Source: a virus
Lineage: Duplodnaviria; Caudoviricetes
DNA: 57,423 nt
Strand: one strand, 5' to 3'
IMG/VR virus record: IMGVR_UViG_3300030329_003887
Coordinates: 1-57,423 of that record
Shown here: positions 17,348-27,600 of the stretch, in pieces
Numbering within the stretch: position 1 is the first letter of the stretch
Layout of the letters: each line of letters begins with the position of its first letter
The notes under the pieces: model-generated
Databases searched by the model: none
What the model was told of the DNA's origin: nothing
The model's input: the letters and a program-made list of their open reading frames with translations, nothing else
Position numbers and translations under genes: made by a program

Positions 17348-19972
17348 ATGCCTTCAGATGAAGCAAAGCGAAAAAAGCTAGAGCCGCAAACGCTTCGGGT
17401 TTCTTCTGGGAAGATCTTTACGCCGATTGAGTTGGCGGAAAGGATCCACAACTTTGCCCGTACTGAAGAGAATACTCTTAAGTCATGTGCGGGCATTATC
17501 CCTTACTGCCCTAGGATGCCGGATTTTTCAGGTAGCTCTTCTTCTGACGAACTCTACGAAGTTAATGCGAAGGAAGAGCTGATCAGCATTGCCTATCAAG
17601 AAGACGCTTACGACGTAAAAACCTTTCAAACGAAAGAAAATGGGAAGCATGTTCCAATACACGGAATCTTCCACGCAAGACTACACCGTGGGCAGCGGGA
17701 CGTTCTGCTGGTCCAGCGTGGGGATAGCCTCCTTGTCCACAAGGGCTATACGCAGAGTTGGAGAGTCCTAGTCGGGCCAGAAGTTTTGAGTAGTCTTTAC
17801 ATAAAAACTGCCCTAGAAACAACGGCCTATGATTCACCCAAGGTCAGGTTTCCAACTCAGTTTGTAGCCACTCCCACCGGTATCATCATCGTCCCTCAAG
17901 GGGAGTCAGATCCCGGCGCATATTTTTATGACGGAGAAGTGATTCTTCCTTTGGGGTATCAGCAGCCACCGAGTGCTCCAACAATCCTAGGTCCAAATAG
18001 TTCGGATGATGATGGAAAAGATTGGAAAACTAATATGCAGGGGTACAGTGTACATAAAGGTACCCGAAGATACGACAGCAGCGGTACAAGCCATGTCCTT
18101 TTCGGTGTTGGTCAAATCGGAACAGTCGTTACTCAGCCCGATGGAAACCATAAAAAACCGAGCAAACTACGCTCTAGTGTTGGCCACCTAGAACCCGGAT
18201 CATGGCAAGTCGCAGTTCAGTGGGTTGACCATTGGGGAAACCTTTCTCCGATTTCTCCCCGAAGTGCCGCGCAACGCCTCGACTATAGGTCTTCTACATG
18301 GAATGGGACGGACGACTCTGCTGAGCCCGATTCTCCTGATGCGCTTCGGCAGTCTTTCCATGTCTCCGACATCCCTATCGGGCCCAAAGGAACAACAGGT
18401 CGGAATCTATTTCGGACAAAAGATCTGAGAAATGCTGGAACAGCCGCGCTCTACTCTTACCCGTCAGCGAGCATCAGTGGGTCACATGAAATCGAACTTT
18501 CAGACTTTGCTACAATACCTGAAAATATTTCTACAGATTTCCCTGACAACTATCCAGATGCACATCTAGCTGCGCAGCCAAAAAACATTGTAGCTGTACC
18601 GAAGTTTAAACTCTGTGAAGTAGCGTTTGGACGATTGTGGATTGCAAACTTCACAACCTTTCCGGGTAAAATCCGCTATTCCATTCCCGGTATGTGGGGA
18701 ACATTCGAGTTCGGATCAGAGCTTGTGCCTGACGCTACCGGGCAAATCACCGGAATGAAGGCGACCCAAGGTGGGCTTTTAGTCTTTACCGAGCACAGTG
18801 TTTATCTGGTTCGCCCAAACTCTGATAACTCAGGATTCACTTCAGCATCCCTCAATAATCAAATCGGCTGTTCCGCCCCAAGCTCTATTCAAACAATGCC
18901 TGATGGTTCAGTTATCTGGCTAGGGACGAATTACTTTTACCGGTTTGATGGTGAAAAGGTTGTTCCCGTTTCAGAGGCAATCCAACATGAGACCCGTCGA
19001 ATAAATCGCGCACGAGTCCCCCAAGCGTGCTCTGCAATTGATGAAGGCCGATTCGAGTATCTTTGCTGGGTAGCTGTAGATGAAAGCAACACGAACAATC
19101 TGTGCTTTGTTTATGATGGTCAAGGTTGGAAGACTCGTAATGGGGAAAACTTTCAAGCAGCGTGTCGAACATTAGACCACCGAAACTATATCTTAGGTGC
19201 GGGAAGGCCCGATGGAGAATTCCTCGGATATAAGGATGAGGTTATTTTTGATCTCCCATTTTCTGATCGTAGGGAAGGGGACCAAGATCCAGATTCACCC
19301 CCGATTACGACAAACGCATCAGAAACAAATGAACGTACCTTTAAGGTGGAGTTACCGAAGACGCCTTTAGTTTACCCAGATGTCTGGGTTCTCGACCATG
19401 AGTGGGTAGATTTTGAACTTCATCGAGATCACCCATTCATTGAGACTTCATGGATCAATGGTCTGAGTGAAGAGCGAAGCACTCCACTGACTGTAAAGGT
19501 GTGGTTTCGAGAAACGTCTACACAAGAAAAGATTGAAGTAGATATCTACCGAGACTGGAGAAAGAATAAAGCTGTAGATACAGTTGAGCTGGATCTCCAT
19601 AGTAATACTGATCCTCCTGCTACATGGGGCTCAGATGAAGGATCAGATGATTTACACACTTTCTTGGGCACCGATGATACCTATATCTCTAAGCGTCGGC
19701 CTTTTTGGGTACGAAAGGATATTTTCATCCCATCATGCAAAGCATTTAAGCTCGTCTTTAAGCGGACGTTGACTCACCCACTTTCTAAGGCAGCCCCGTA
19801 TACAGACTCTTCGGGGAAGATCCTAGGCTCGGCTTCTCCAACACATGTTTACCGAGAGGGTGCGTTAATCTCGAATAAGGCACGTAGATCGCCAATCGAG
19901 TTTATCGCATTCTCGGTTGAAGAGGCTGTTCGCCCGAGTGGTATGCGAATGAACCGCCCAAAGAAGGGGTAG
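17348..19972 (+). CDS. Tail nozzle / tail tubular protein B-like (beta-propeller)
   Basis: 874 aa; GRLWIAN, IRYSIPG, GLLVFTEHSVY, IGCSAPSSI, VIWLG repeats typical of podovirus nozzle proteins. Confidence 0.65.
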   Translation: MPSDEAKRKKLEPQTLRVSSGKIFTPIELAERIHNFARTEENTLKSCAGIIPYCPRMPDFSGSSSSDELYEVNAKEELISIAYQEDAYDVKTFQTKENGKHVPIHGIFHARLHRGQRDVLLVQRGDSLLVHKGYTQSWRVLVGPEVLSSLYIKTALETTAYDSPKVRFPTQFVATPTGIIIVPQGESDPGAYFYDGEVILPLGYQQPPSAPTILGPNSSDDDGKDWKTNMQGYSVHKGTRRYDSSGTSHVLFGVGQIGTVVTQPDGNHKKPSKLRSSVGHLEPGSWQVAVQWVDHWGNLSPISPRSAAQRLDYRSSTWNGTDDSAEPDSPDALRQSFHVSDIPIGPKGTTGRNLFRTKDLRNAGTAALYSYPSASISGSHEIELSDFATIPENISTDFPDNYPDAHLAAQPKNIVAVPKFKLCEVAFGRLWIANFTTFPGKIRYSIPGMWGTFEFGSELVPDATGQITGMKATQGGLLVFTEHSVYLVRPNSDNSGFTSASLNNQIGCSAPSSIQTMPDGSVIWLGTNYFYRFDGEKVVPVSEAIQHETRRINRARVPQACSAIDEGRFEYLCWVAVDESNTNNLCFVYDGQGWKTRNGENFQAACRTLDHRNYILGAGRPDGEFLGYKDEVIFDLPFSDRREGDQDPDSPPITTNASETNERTFKVELPKTPLVYPDVWVLDHEWVDFELHRDHPFIETSWINGLSEERSTPLTVKVWFRETSTQEKIEVDIYRDWRKNKAVDTVELDLHSNTDPPATWGSDEGSDDLHTFLGTDDTYISKRRPFWVRKDIFIPSCKAFKLVFKRTLTHPLSKAAPYTDSSGKILGSASPTHVYREGALISNKARRSPIEFIAFSVEEAVRPSGMRMNRPKKG

Positions 19973-19976
19973 GATA

Positions 19977-20672
19977 ATGGCTTGGCGACATCCAAAATAT
20001 AAACATCAAGGATTCGAACCGGTTGATCCAGATGAAGTTAATGAAAACATTCGTCAGTTTACTCAAGAAGATGCTGACATTAATGAGCATAACTTTGTTG
20101 CTATTCCCGGTGGTCCAAGCCCTGTTTCAAAACGGATCATCGACCGGAATGCTTCAACCCTAATCCAAGAAGTTGCTTATACCCCATACGAGCTAGATCG
20201 AACTAGTTCGACAAAATTCGCTTACAACTCAGACACAGATTTTCTCGATACTGATTCATACGGCGGCTTTGGAAGGGTAAAAGTAAAAAACAACGCAAGC
20301 TGGACAACTCTCCAGAATCGGCAGTTCTCATCTGATGATTCCTTGTTGTGGGTTTTCGCGTCTTTCCAGCAAATAAGCAATGCGCGTGTGATGGGTTTCC
20401 GGTCTTCTGACGGCCCGTTTATGGTTCAGTATGCTCTACGTGTAAACGGAAAACTTATTACCGAGAGTATTACAGATGCTTTCGATTTAAGGGATGATCC
20501 AGCAGGGTGTGATGCGAACCCCGGTGCTGCTTGCTTTAGTTTAGATGCGCTTGTTCCAGTAGTTTCAGGAGAATGTGAGATCGAATTAGTTGGTCGGTGC
20601 GCTGACCCGAGTCTTTATAAGAGCACGTATGTCACCACTCGTGAACTTTTCTGCGTAGAAATGAAGAGGTAA
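19977..20672 (+). CDS. Putative virion structural protein
   Basis: 231 aa, beta-rich C-terminus, within tail operon. Confidence 0.6.
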   Translation: MAWRHPKYKHQGFEPVDPDEVNENIRQFTQEDADINEHNFVAIPGGPSPVSKRIIDRNASTLIQEVAYTPYELDRTSSTKFAYNSDTDFLDTDSYGGFGRVKVKNNASWTTLQNRQFSSDDSLLWVFASFQQISNARVMGFRSSDGPFMVQYALRVNGKLITESITDAFDLRDDPAGCDANPGAACFSLDALVPVVSGECEIELVGRCADPSLYKSTYVTTRELFCVEMKR

Positions 20673-20674
20673 CT

Positions 20675-21670
20675 ATGCCCGAGTTTGCTCCACCAGATCT
20701 CGAAGAAATAACAGTAGTTGAACTTCCCGGAACCGGGTCAACTATTGGAGAATCTTTTACTAATTTCTCCTTTACTCCCGTTTCAGACGGGCAGGCATTC
20801 ACTTCAGCTCCTTTCACCTCGATCTTTAATGATCTTCAATTTAAGCTGAATCGGATTGACCGCGATGTTGTATCAGTTGGGGCGCTTAATCACGAGCACC
20901 TTTCTGCTTCTTTTATTGGAGAAACAACAACCGGATCTCGCGGATACATTCTCCATTCTGGGTCTACCTCCTATTATGATAACGACTCACTACCTCCGGG
21001 TGTGTGGCTCCATTCTGCTTCTGATCCGGGTAATGTCCTGACTTCTTTTGCTGCAGGAGAATTAAACCACTGGAGTTGTGGGGCTGAAGGCCCAGTCGGA
21101 AAACCAACTCGACCCACATTCCTGAGAGGGCTTTCGGTTGCTGCAAACGCGGAACTCGTTGACTCATCAACGCGAGACTATATCGGCGGAATAGTTATTC
21201 TTTTTGACGGAGTTCTCCGCCTGATTGGAAACTACCACAATCAACAAGCACCAGACAATCCCGGACATGGCGCATTCTATATAGTCTTGTACGCATCCGT
21301 TTCAATAAACGGTGGAGACTACAAAGACTATCCGATTCCCGTAACAGAACGCTACATTGACTGTGTCCCAAAAAGCCCCAAGCTGGGCTATCCAGCAACT
21401 CGGGATGGGCAGAACTTTAGTTTCAGGCACCTATTTACATCAAGATCTATTCCGCTTTCTCATGAATATCCCGGAGATACAAAGCCCGACATTAAGAGTA
21501 TGAAAGTCAGATCTTTTCGAGTCGGTGTTTCACTCAATGCTAACAGCAGCGAGTTCGATCAATTGGGTTTTCATGTTTCAAGCACAGAGTTTTCCTACAT
21601 GGCCATATCAGGAAAACGAAATCGACTTTATTATGTTCCAAACTCTCATGGGAACTTGGGAACTGAGTAA
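20675..21670 (+). CDS. Putative virion structural protein
   Basis: 331 aa ORF in tail operon. Confidence 0.6.
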   Translation: MPEFAPPDLEEITVVELPGTGSTIGESFTNFSFTPVSDGQAFTSAPFTSIFNDLQFKLNRIDRDVVSVGALNHEHLSASFIGETTTGSRGYILHSGSTSYYDNDSLPPGVWLHSASDPGNVLTSFAAGELNHWSCGAEGPVGKPTRPTFLRGLSVAANAELVDSSTRDYIGGIVILFDGVLRLIGNYHNQQAPDNPGHGAFYIVLYASVSINGGDYKDYPIPVTERYIDCVPKSPKLGYPATRDGQNFSFRHLFTSRSIPLSHEYPGDTKPDIKSMKVRSFRVGVSLNANSSEFDQLGFHVSSTEFSYMAISGKRNRLYYVPNSHGNLGTE

Positions 21671-22452
21671 TGCCAAAAACAATTATTCCAACGATCGCCA
21701 CACCAGCATCAAAGCTCGATGCAGATAAGTTTAACCGGGCGCTATACTCGCCAACGCCCCGCGTAGCTGGCAGTAAAAGTCTCGATGTCATTAATGGGCA
21801 TATCGATTCTTCAAATCTGAATGAGCCAAGTGAAAACTACCCGGACTATAGAAAAGAAGAAGCGCAGATTCCGATGAACATGATTCGTCGGGGAGCATTA
21901 GCCCGGTCTAAAACTTCTTCTGATCTTGGGCCGACCCATTTTGATAGAAACCTCTGGAAGGGGATGACCATCCATGAAAAATATATCCCCATCCCCGGCT
22001 GTGGTGTCAGTATTTTTGTCCCAAGTTCAGGCCTAGTTGCTCTTACGTGGCAAGTTTCTATTGGGCATGATGGACGACCCGAAGGCCCATCTGACGGCGC
22101 TGCGTTTGATATAACGCGAGAAGAGAACTACCGAACTCATCCGTGGCAAACGGATTCTTTTAAGCCTGTGCCCAATTCTGTAGAGCGTTGTTTCCTTGCT
22201 CTATTAAAACGGGACGGATTTTCTCTAGATGTAGTACCGGGGCATAGGTTTGAGTTGCCTTTAGCAAGAGGAACCTATTCTAGTTTCCTGACAGATCCCG
22301 GATTGGGAAGAACATGGAGCGGCCATAAACTTATCCAGTTCAATGAGGAAAAGAACTTTGGATGGCACCACTACACAATTGGTGTATCTTCTCAGGCCTT
22401 AAATACGATGATTCGTGTTAGAAATATGAAGTACGTCTGGTTTAATAAATAA
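21670..22452 (+). CDS. Putative virion structural protein
   Basis: 260 aa ORF in tail operon (TAATG overlap). Confidence 0.6.
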   Translation: MPKTIIPTIATPASKLDADKFNRALYSPTPRVAGSKSLDVINGHIDSSNLNEPSENYPDYRKEEAQIPMNMIRRGALARSKTSSDLGPTHFDRNLWKGMTIHEKYIPIPGCGVSIFVPSSGLVALTWQVSIGHDGRPEGPSDGAAFDITREENYRTHPWQTDSFKPVPNSVERCFLALLKRDGFSLDVVPGHRFELPLARGTYSSFLTDPGLGRTWSGHKLIQFNEEKNFGWHHYTIGVSSQALNTMIRVRNMKYVWFNK

Positions 22453-22466
22453 CGGAGGAACCCGCT

Positions 22467-23093
22467 ATGTCGCTCGGTAAGCCGAACAAAAATGGAACTG
22501 ATCCCGCTGAAGGGGCAATTAGCCAAGCAAGCCCTTTGCAGTCAGCATTAGCAGGTTCGGCCCTTGGGATGGTCGGATACGGAGCCCTTAAGCCTTTTCT
22601 CGGAGAAGACCCCACAAAACAATTCTCGGAAGATCTTGCGGCTCGACGAAAAGATGCCCTTATGGGCCGCCTTGGGCCGAGCCGGGAAGAGCTGGAACAG
22701 AGAAAAGATTCTGCCTTTCGGGCTGGGATTAATCTCGCAAGTCAAGGGGGGGAGGAAGCCGAGCGGGCTGTGATGGCCAGTGGTACAAGTTCTGGAGTTC
22801 CGGCCCCCGGATTAAGCGAGACGGCAGCCAATATTCAATCTCAGTATATTGAAGCTGCTGGAGAAGGCGCAGCAAAAGCTGCCGCAGATGTTGAAAAGAC
22901 TGCTGCAACGGAGAGGCTGGTTCAGTATCAACAACTCCAAGATGATGAAAAATATCTTGCAGGTCTTAGGGCTCAGGATGATGCATTGGCATCAAATCTT
23001 CTATTGAAAGGCGGTAGACTGCTTTTTGGTTTAAGCGGATTAGGTAATCCCCTCGATGTTGTTGCTCCCGAGGGTGGGAAGCTTTCAGAATAG
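22467..23093 (+). CDS. Putative internal virion/ejection protein (small)
   Basis: Ala/Gly-rich helical protein with hydrophobic N-terminal segment; first of three size-ascending helical genes. Confidence 0.55.
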   Translation: MSLGKPNKNGTDPAEGAISQASPLQSALAGSALGMVGYGALKPFLGEDPTKQFSEDLAARRKDALMGRLGPSREELEQRKDSAFRAGINLASQGGEEAERAVMASGTSSGVPAPGLSETAANIQSQYIEAAGEGAAKAAADVEKTAATERLVQYQQLQDDEKYLAGLRAQDDALASNLLLKGGRLLFGLSGLGNPLDVVAPEGGKLSE

Positions 23094-23104
23094 GAACAAG
23101 AGTA

Positions 23105-24679
23105 ATGACTAAAAAAATGGATCCAGTATTAGAAGAAGCTCTTATCCGGGCGAGCCCTGAAATCAATCAGTACTTACAGGCTAGCAAGGGCAAAAGTGCG
23201 CTTGAAAAGTTTAGTGACTTTTTTCGGTTGGCTCCGGATACCCGACCAGAGGAGCTTCGCCAAGTTCGGGCGAGTTCGGATAGAGCCCGCGCTAATCGAG
23301 ACGCCCTTATTCAATCTAAAGAGGAACTCGAAAGGAAGTACTACGGTGAGTTCGTAGCACTCCAACAAGCAGCGCAAGAGGGCGATCGAGAGGCCAGAAA
23401 AGCTCTCATGTCAAAGACACCTGACCTCATCAAACATATTGTTGAAGTCATGAAAAGTTCCAATCAAGTTCGCGGCCAGAATGCAACTGCTCTCGCCAAT
23501 TTAGTTGGAAAAATGCACGAAGCAGACAATGAATGGGCTGCTGCAACGGACATAAATCACGCCTCATCGGATACTCAACTACGCTTTGCTGATGCGTGGA
23601 CTGCAATGACACAGTTCACAGATGCGGAGGGGAATCTCAATATCGCAGATATTGGATCACAACAGCAAGTCCTTAATCAACTAACAGAGCTTTTTACTGA
23701 GGCTAACGCTAGGGGAGATCATTCTAATGTTCTTGGGGCACTGAATGAAAACCTCAAACGGAGGGGAGTATCTGGTGGCGTGCGGGGACTTTATGATGCG
23801 CTGAATGCTGGTTCAGTATCGAATCCAGATGGCATGACCTATGTCGGCTCGACACCTGAGATTACAAACTTCAATAGAGCACTCGAACCTTCATTGAATC
23901 TAGAAGCAGCAGCCCTTGATGTTCGCCAACAAGCTAAGGATGAGTACTCTAAGTTTTCGACTAAGCTCTCAAAATCTTTGGGAGGGCAGGGGGCAGGCGC
24001 ACTCCTGAAGTACATAGATAAAGTTTCAGCACAAGGACACGCATCCCTCGTTGAGTACGATGAGTACATGAAAAAACGGGAAGCCGAACGGGGAGTGACT
24101 CCGGGAACGGAAGATCTGCTCAGTCGAGTTTCGGAAGATGCCCGAAAACGTCTTCCACATAACTTTGATAAGCTTGACCCAACGCAACAAGAGCTACTCA
24201 TTAGAGCCGGAGAACAATGGCAAATGGCCGAAGCTCTGAAGAATACGCCGATTTACGACACTCGAAAACAAGCAGCGTATGCGAGTATCCAGAATCATCC
24301 TGCTTTTATGGAATGGTTTGAGCAGTCCAATTTTACTGATCTGAATAAGGGTACCGAGCATTTTATCGGGCTTCAGCAGCAAAACATGGAACGCTTAGAG
24401 AATCAATACGGTGGAGAAGCCGGGTACCAAGCTGAGGTAAAAGAACGTCGAGGGATTGCAGGAGACCCCCGTACCGTCACTGGACCTAAGAAAGCTCGAA
24501 TGCAAGCTCTCAGACAGAGATTGCCGAGTCTTCCTGCAGAGGAACCAGAAAGTTCGCCTGCCGCATCGGTTGGTGGGGCAGTACTGCCCACAGATAAAGG
24601 GGGAGAAGAAAAGACGAAGACGGTTTCACCTGTGACTCAACATTATATGAAGCAGCTCCAACCGAGTAAGAGCGTATAA
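23105..24679 (+). CDS. Putative internal virion/ejection protein (medium)
   Basis: 524 aa, mostly helical, no Cys. Confidence 0.55.
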   Translation: MTKKMDPVLEEALIRASPEINQYLQASKGKSALEKFSDFFRLAPDTRPEELRQVRASSDRARANRDALIQSKEELERKYYGEFVALQQAAQEGDREARKALMSKTPDLIKHIVEVMKSSNQVRGQNATALANLVGKMHEADNEWAAATDINHASSDTQLRFADAWTAMTQFTDAEGNLNIADIGSQQQVLNQLTELFTEANARGDHSNVLGALNENLKRRGVSGGVRGLYDALNAGSVSNPDGMTYVGSTPEITNFNRALEPSLNLEAAALDVRQQAKDEYSKFSTKLSKSLGGQGAGALLKYIDKVSAQGHASLVEYDEYMKKREAERGVTPGTEDLLSRVSEDARKRLPHNFDKLDPTQQELLIRAGEQWQMAEALKNTPIYDTRKQAAYASIQNHPAFMEWFEQSNFTDLNKGTEHFIGLQQQNMERLENQYGGEAGYQAEVKERRGIAGDPRTVTGPKKARMQALRQRLPSLPAEEPESSPAASVGGAVLPTDKGGEEKTKTVSPVTQHYMKQLQPSKSV

Positions 24680-27600
24680 TGGCAGACGAAAAAGAATTCC
24701 CTGATTCAGGCTTTCAACCGGGATTTTTTCTGACGCTTGCCCAGCAGGCAGACGATGATAAGTTCTGGGAAAGAGCTGAAGCGGACTACAAGCGAGCTAT
24801 CGGAGAACCGGTAGACGAGCCTGTATTCGCCACAGGGGCTGTTCCTAAACCAAAAACACCAGCACAGATTGCTAAACAGCAACAAAATATAATTGATCTG
24901 GGCACCCCAGAATCAGAACTTCCTCAGCTTTCTCCGACTCTGGCTCGACACGCTAGCCCAGAAGTTGCTTTGAATCTTCGTCATAGTCTTTCTCAGGGTA
25001 CTCAGATTGACGAGAAAGAAAAGCATATGTATTTCACTCGACATTATATTCAGAGTGAGCCTTTTCGAAAGAGAGTTGATTTAGATTTCGAAGCGGGCAA
25101 TATGACGCCCGCACAACAAAATCGTGTGCAGTTTGCCCGTGAAGTTCTCGCTCAAATGGGAAAATCTTCTGAGCTTAAAGATCTTCAGAATGAAATTGAT
25201 TCTGTCGAAAAAGCCATAGCAAATCTTCCCCAAGCGCCCCGCGCTCGTACCGATGTTATTGTCGGCAGCTCTTACGACAAGGAAGACCAAAAGCTCATAG
25301 CGGAAAGGGGCACTCTTGTTCGGGAACTAAAAAAGAAAAAAGCAGAAATGCTTAAGTCCCAAGAAGGGGTAGAGTCTTTCTTAGCCGGGGTAGATAGTGC
25401 GGTTATCCAAACAACGGGGGTAGGCCCGTCTAAGCGTCTTCGTGTCAACACCACAAGAGATCCCCTAACAGGGAAAGTAGCACTGGATATTGATACAACA
25501 TTTCCACTGCTGACGAGAGCTTATACGAGAGACATTCTCCAAGATCGGGGTTTGTCCTACACAAATGCTTCTCCAGAACAACTGAGAGAAGTCCACCAGA
25601 TTGCACACGATAAAGCTGCTAGCGATATCATTTCAGTTGGCCTGCGAATGCGGGATTCGATTTTCTATGACTCGAATGTTCCGGTAGTTGAAGACCTTGC
25701 GGAAAAACCAGCATGGGAACGTCGTCTCCTGTCTTTCTCAAAACGAAAGGTTGGAACCGGAAATACCCACTGGATCGGCAGAAAGATTGGATTGCCCCAA
25801 GATACTTATGGTGTCTTCAACCCCACAGTTGACGAGCTTGCACGAGAAGGGACATTATCTTGGACAATGCGCATGAGTCCGATGGACTATCAAGCGATCA
25901 AGATGAAGATGATTCGAGATGTTCTAACAAAGAATGGCAAAGAGTTGATGGATATCGATGATGCGGCTCTATATGCTTACGCTTACATCAATCCTTTCCT
26001 ATCCTCAACAGTTGCAGCAGCTAATCTGCCAGCAGGAGCATTAGGGATAGAACTAAGCGCCCCTGATACCGATGATATTATGCGGGACTTGGGCATCACA
26101 CCCGAACAGGAAGTTGAAACCTTTCTTCGGGGCCACTACCACTTAGACGAAGGCCGAGCTATTCAGGGTGAAATGTCCGCCATGATGGCAAAAGCATTTG
26201 GGGCGTCGAAAGCGGAGCAGTTCAAAGCAAGGGAAAGCACAGAGAATAGTAAATGGTCTGCTGTCGCGCCATTCATGACGTACTTTGTTGATCCTGACCT
26301 GATCACACTGAGTCTTCTGGGCTTTGGAAAGGGCATCAGCATGGCCTTAAAGCTCCATCGCTTCCATAAACTGAACAAGTTTGCGGACAGGATGGATGAA
26401 GCAGCGGCTGATCCTGCCATGACCTATGATAAGTTTCGACAAACTTTGCGTGAAGAAGACCCAGCTAAAGCGCAGGTACTACAAACATACGTTGAGGGTA
26501 AACTGGGAGAACCTTCTGGGACAATCAGTTCTCTCGACGAACATCGCCGAACAATCAAACAGGCGTATCGTGATTCTCAGAAAGAACTAAAGAATACCGC
26601 CCCAGAAGCGGTTGATACGATTCCCTATAAGCAAGTGGAGACTATGCTGGAGCGGGAGCGCATAGTTGATACCATTACTGCGAAAGAAAAAATAGCCGCT
26701 AAGGCTATTGATAACTTTAAAAAAGCAGAAATAGCTTTAAACGACGCCAAAGCAAATGTTCTGCCAGTCCCCCGGAGGCAGACTCATTGGAGAACAGAGT
26801 TTGAGCCCGGAGGTGTGGCTCGACCAGCACCTAAGAGTGCTGAGGAAGCGGCCATCGCAGCTAAGGTTGATGCCCGAATTCCACATTCTCCGAAGATTGG
26901 GTCGATCACGTCAAAAGAGATTCGAGAAGCTGCTGCGGCGGTTCCCGAAGGTTCCCCTTCTGGTTTTGTTTCAGGTATTCGATTCCAGATGGATCTCGGA
27001 GAGTTGAAGATCCTTTCAGCCGAAATCCCGGAGAATCTTCGGCATAGGGGTATGGGCTTCGAACTCTACTTGCAGGCTTTGAAAGAGGCAAAAAACAAGG
27101 GGTATGGTTTCCGTTCAGGTGATGGACTTAAACAGCCCCCGGTTATGAAACTCTACAAGGATCTTGAAGAAGCAGGAGTCCCACTTCGAGTTTCCGTAGA
27201 AGATGTACCAAACACTACACTCCGTGTTCACGATTTTAGTCTTCCGGCCAATGACTTAGCCAAGCTTGATCTCGATAAAGTTCTAGAGGCGTATCAGGCT
27301 AAGCATGCGGACAAGGGTCCGGGTCCGCTCTTCAATCGACCGGGGATGGTTGTTCGAGAAACTGCGCCGCAGTTTCTTCTTCCACTATTCGATAATCTGG
27401 AAGAAGCGGCGTCTGCTGTCCAGAAGGCGAAGGGCCAAGTCAAAAAAGCTAAGGATGATCTGAGACAGTTCGATAATTCTTTGCCATACGGTCCAGAGCA
27501 TCCGTTTGTTGTGGACTCTATGGGCAGGCAGTTTGACATTAAAGATGTCATCAAACTGAGGAAAGCAGCCGAAAAAGACCCATACATCTACAAGATCCTT

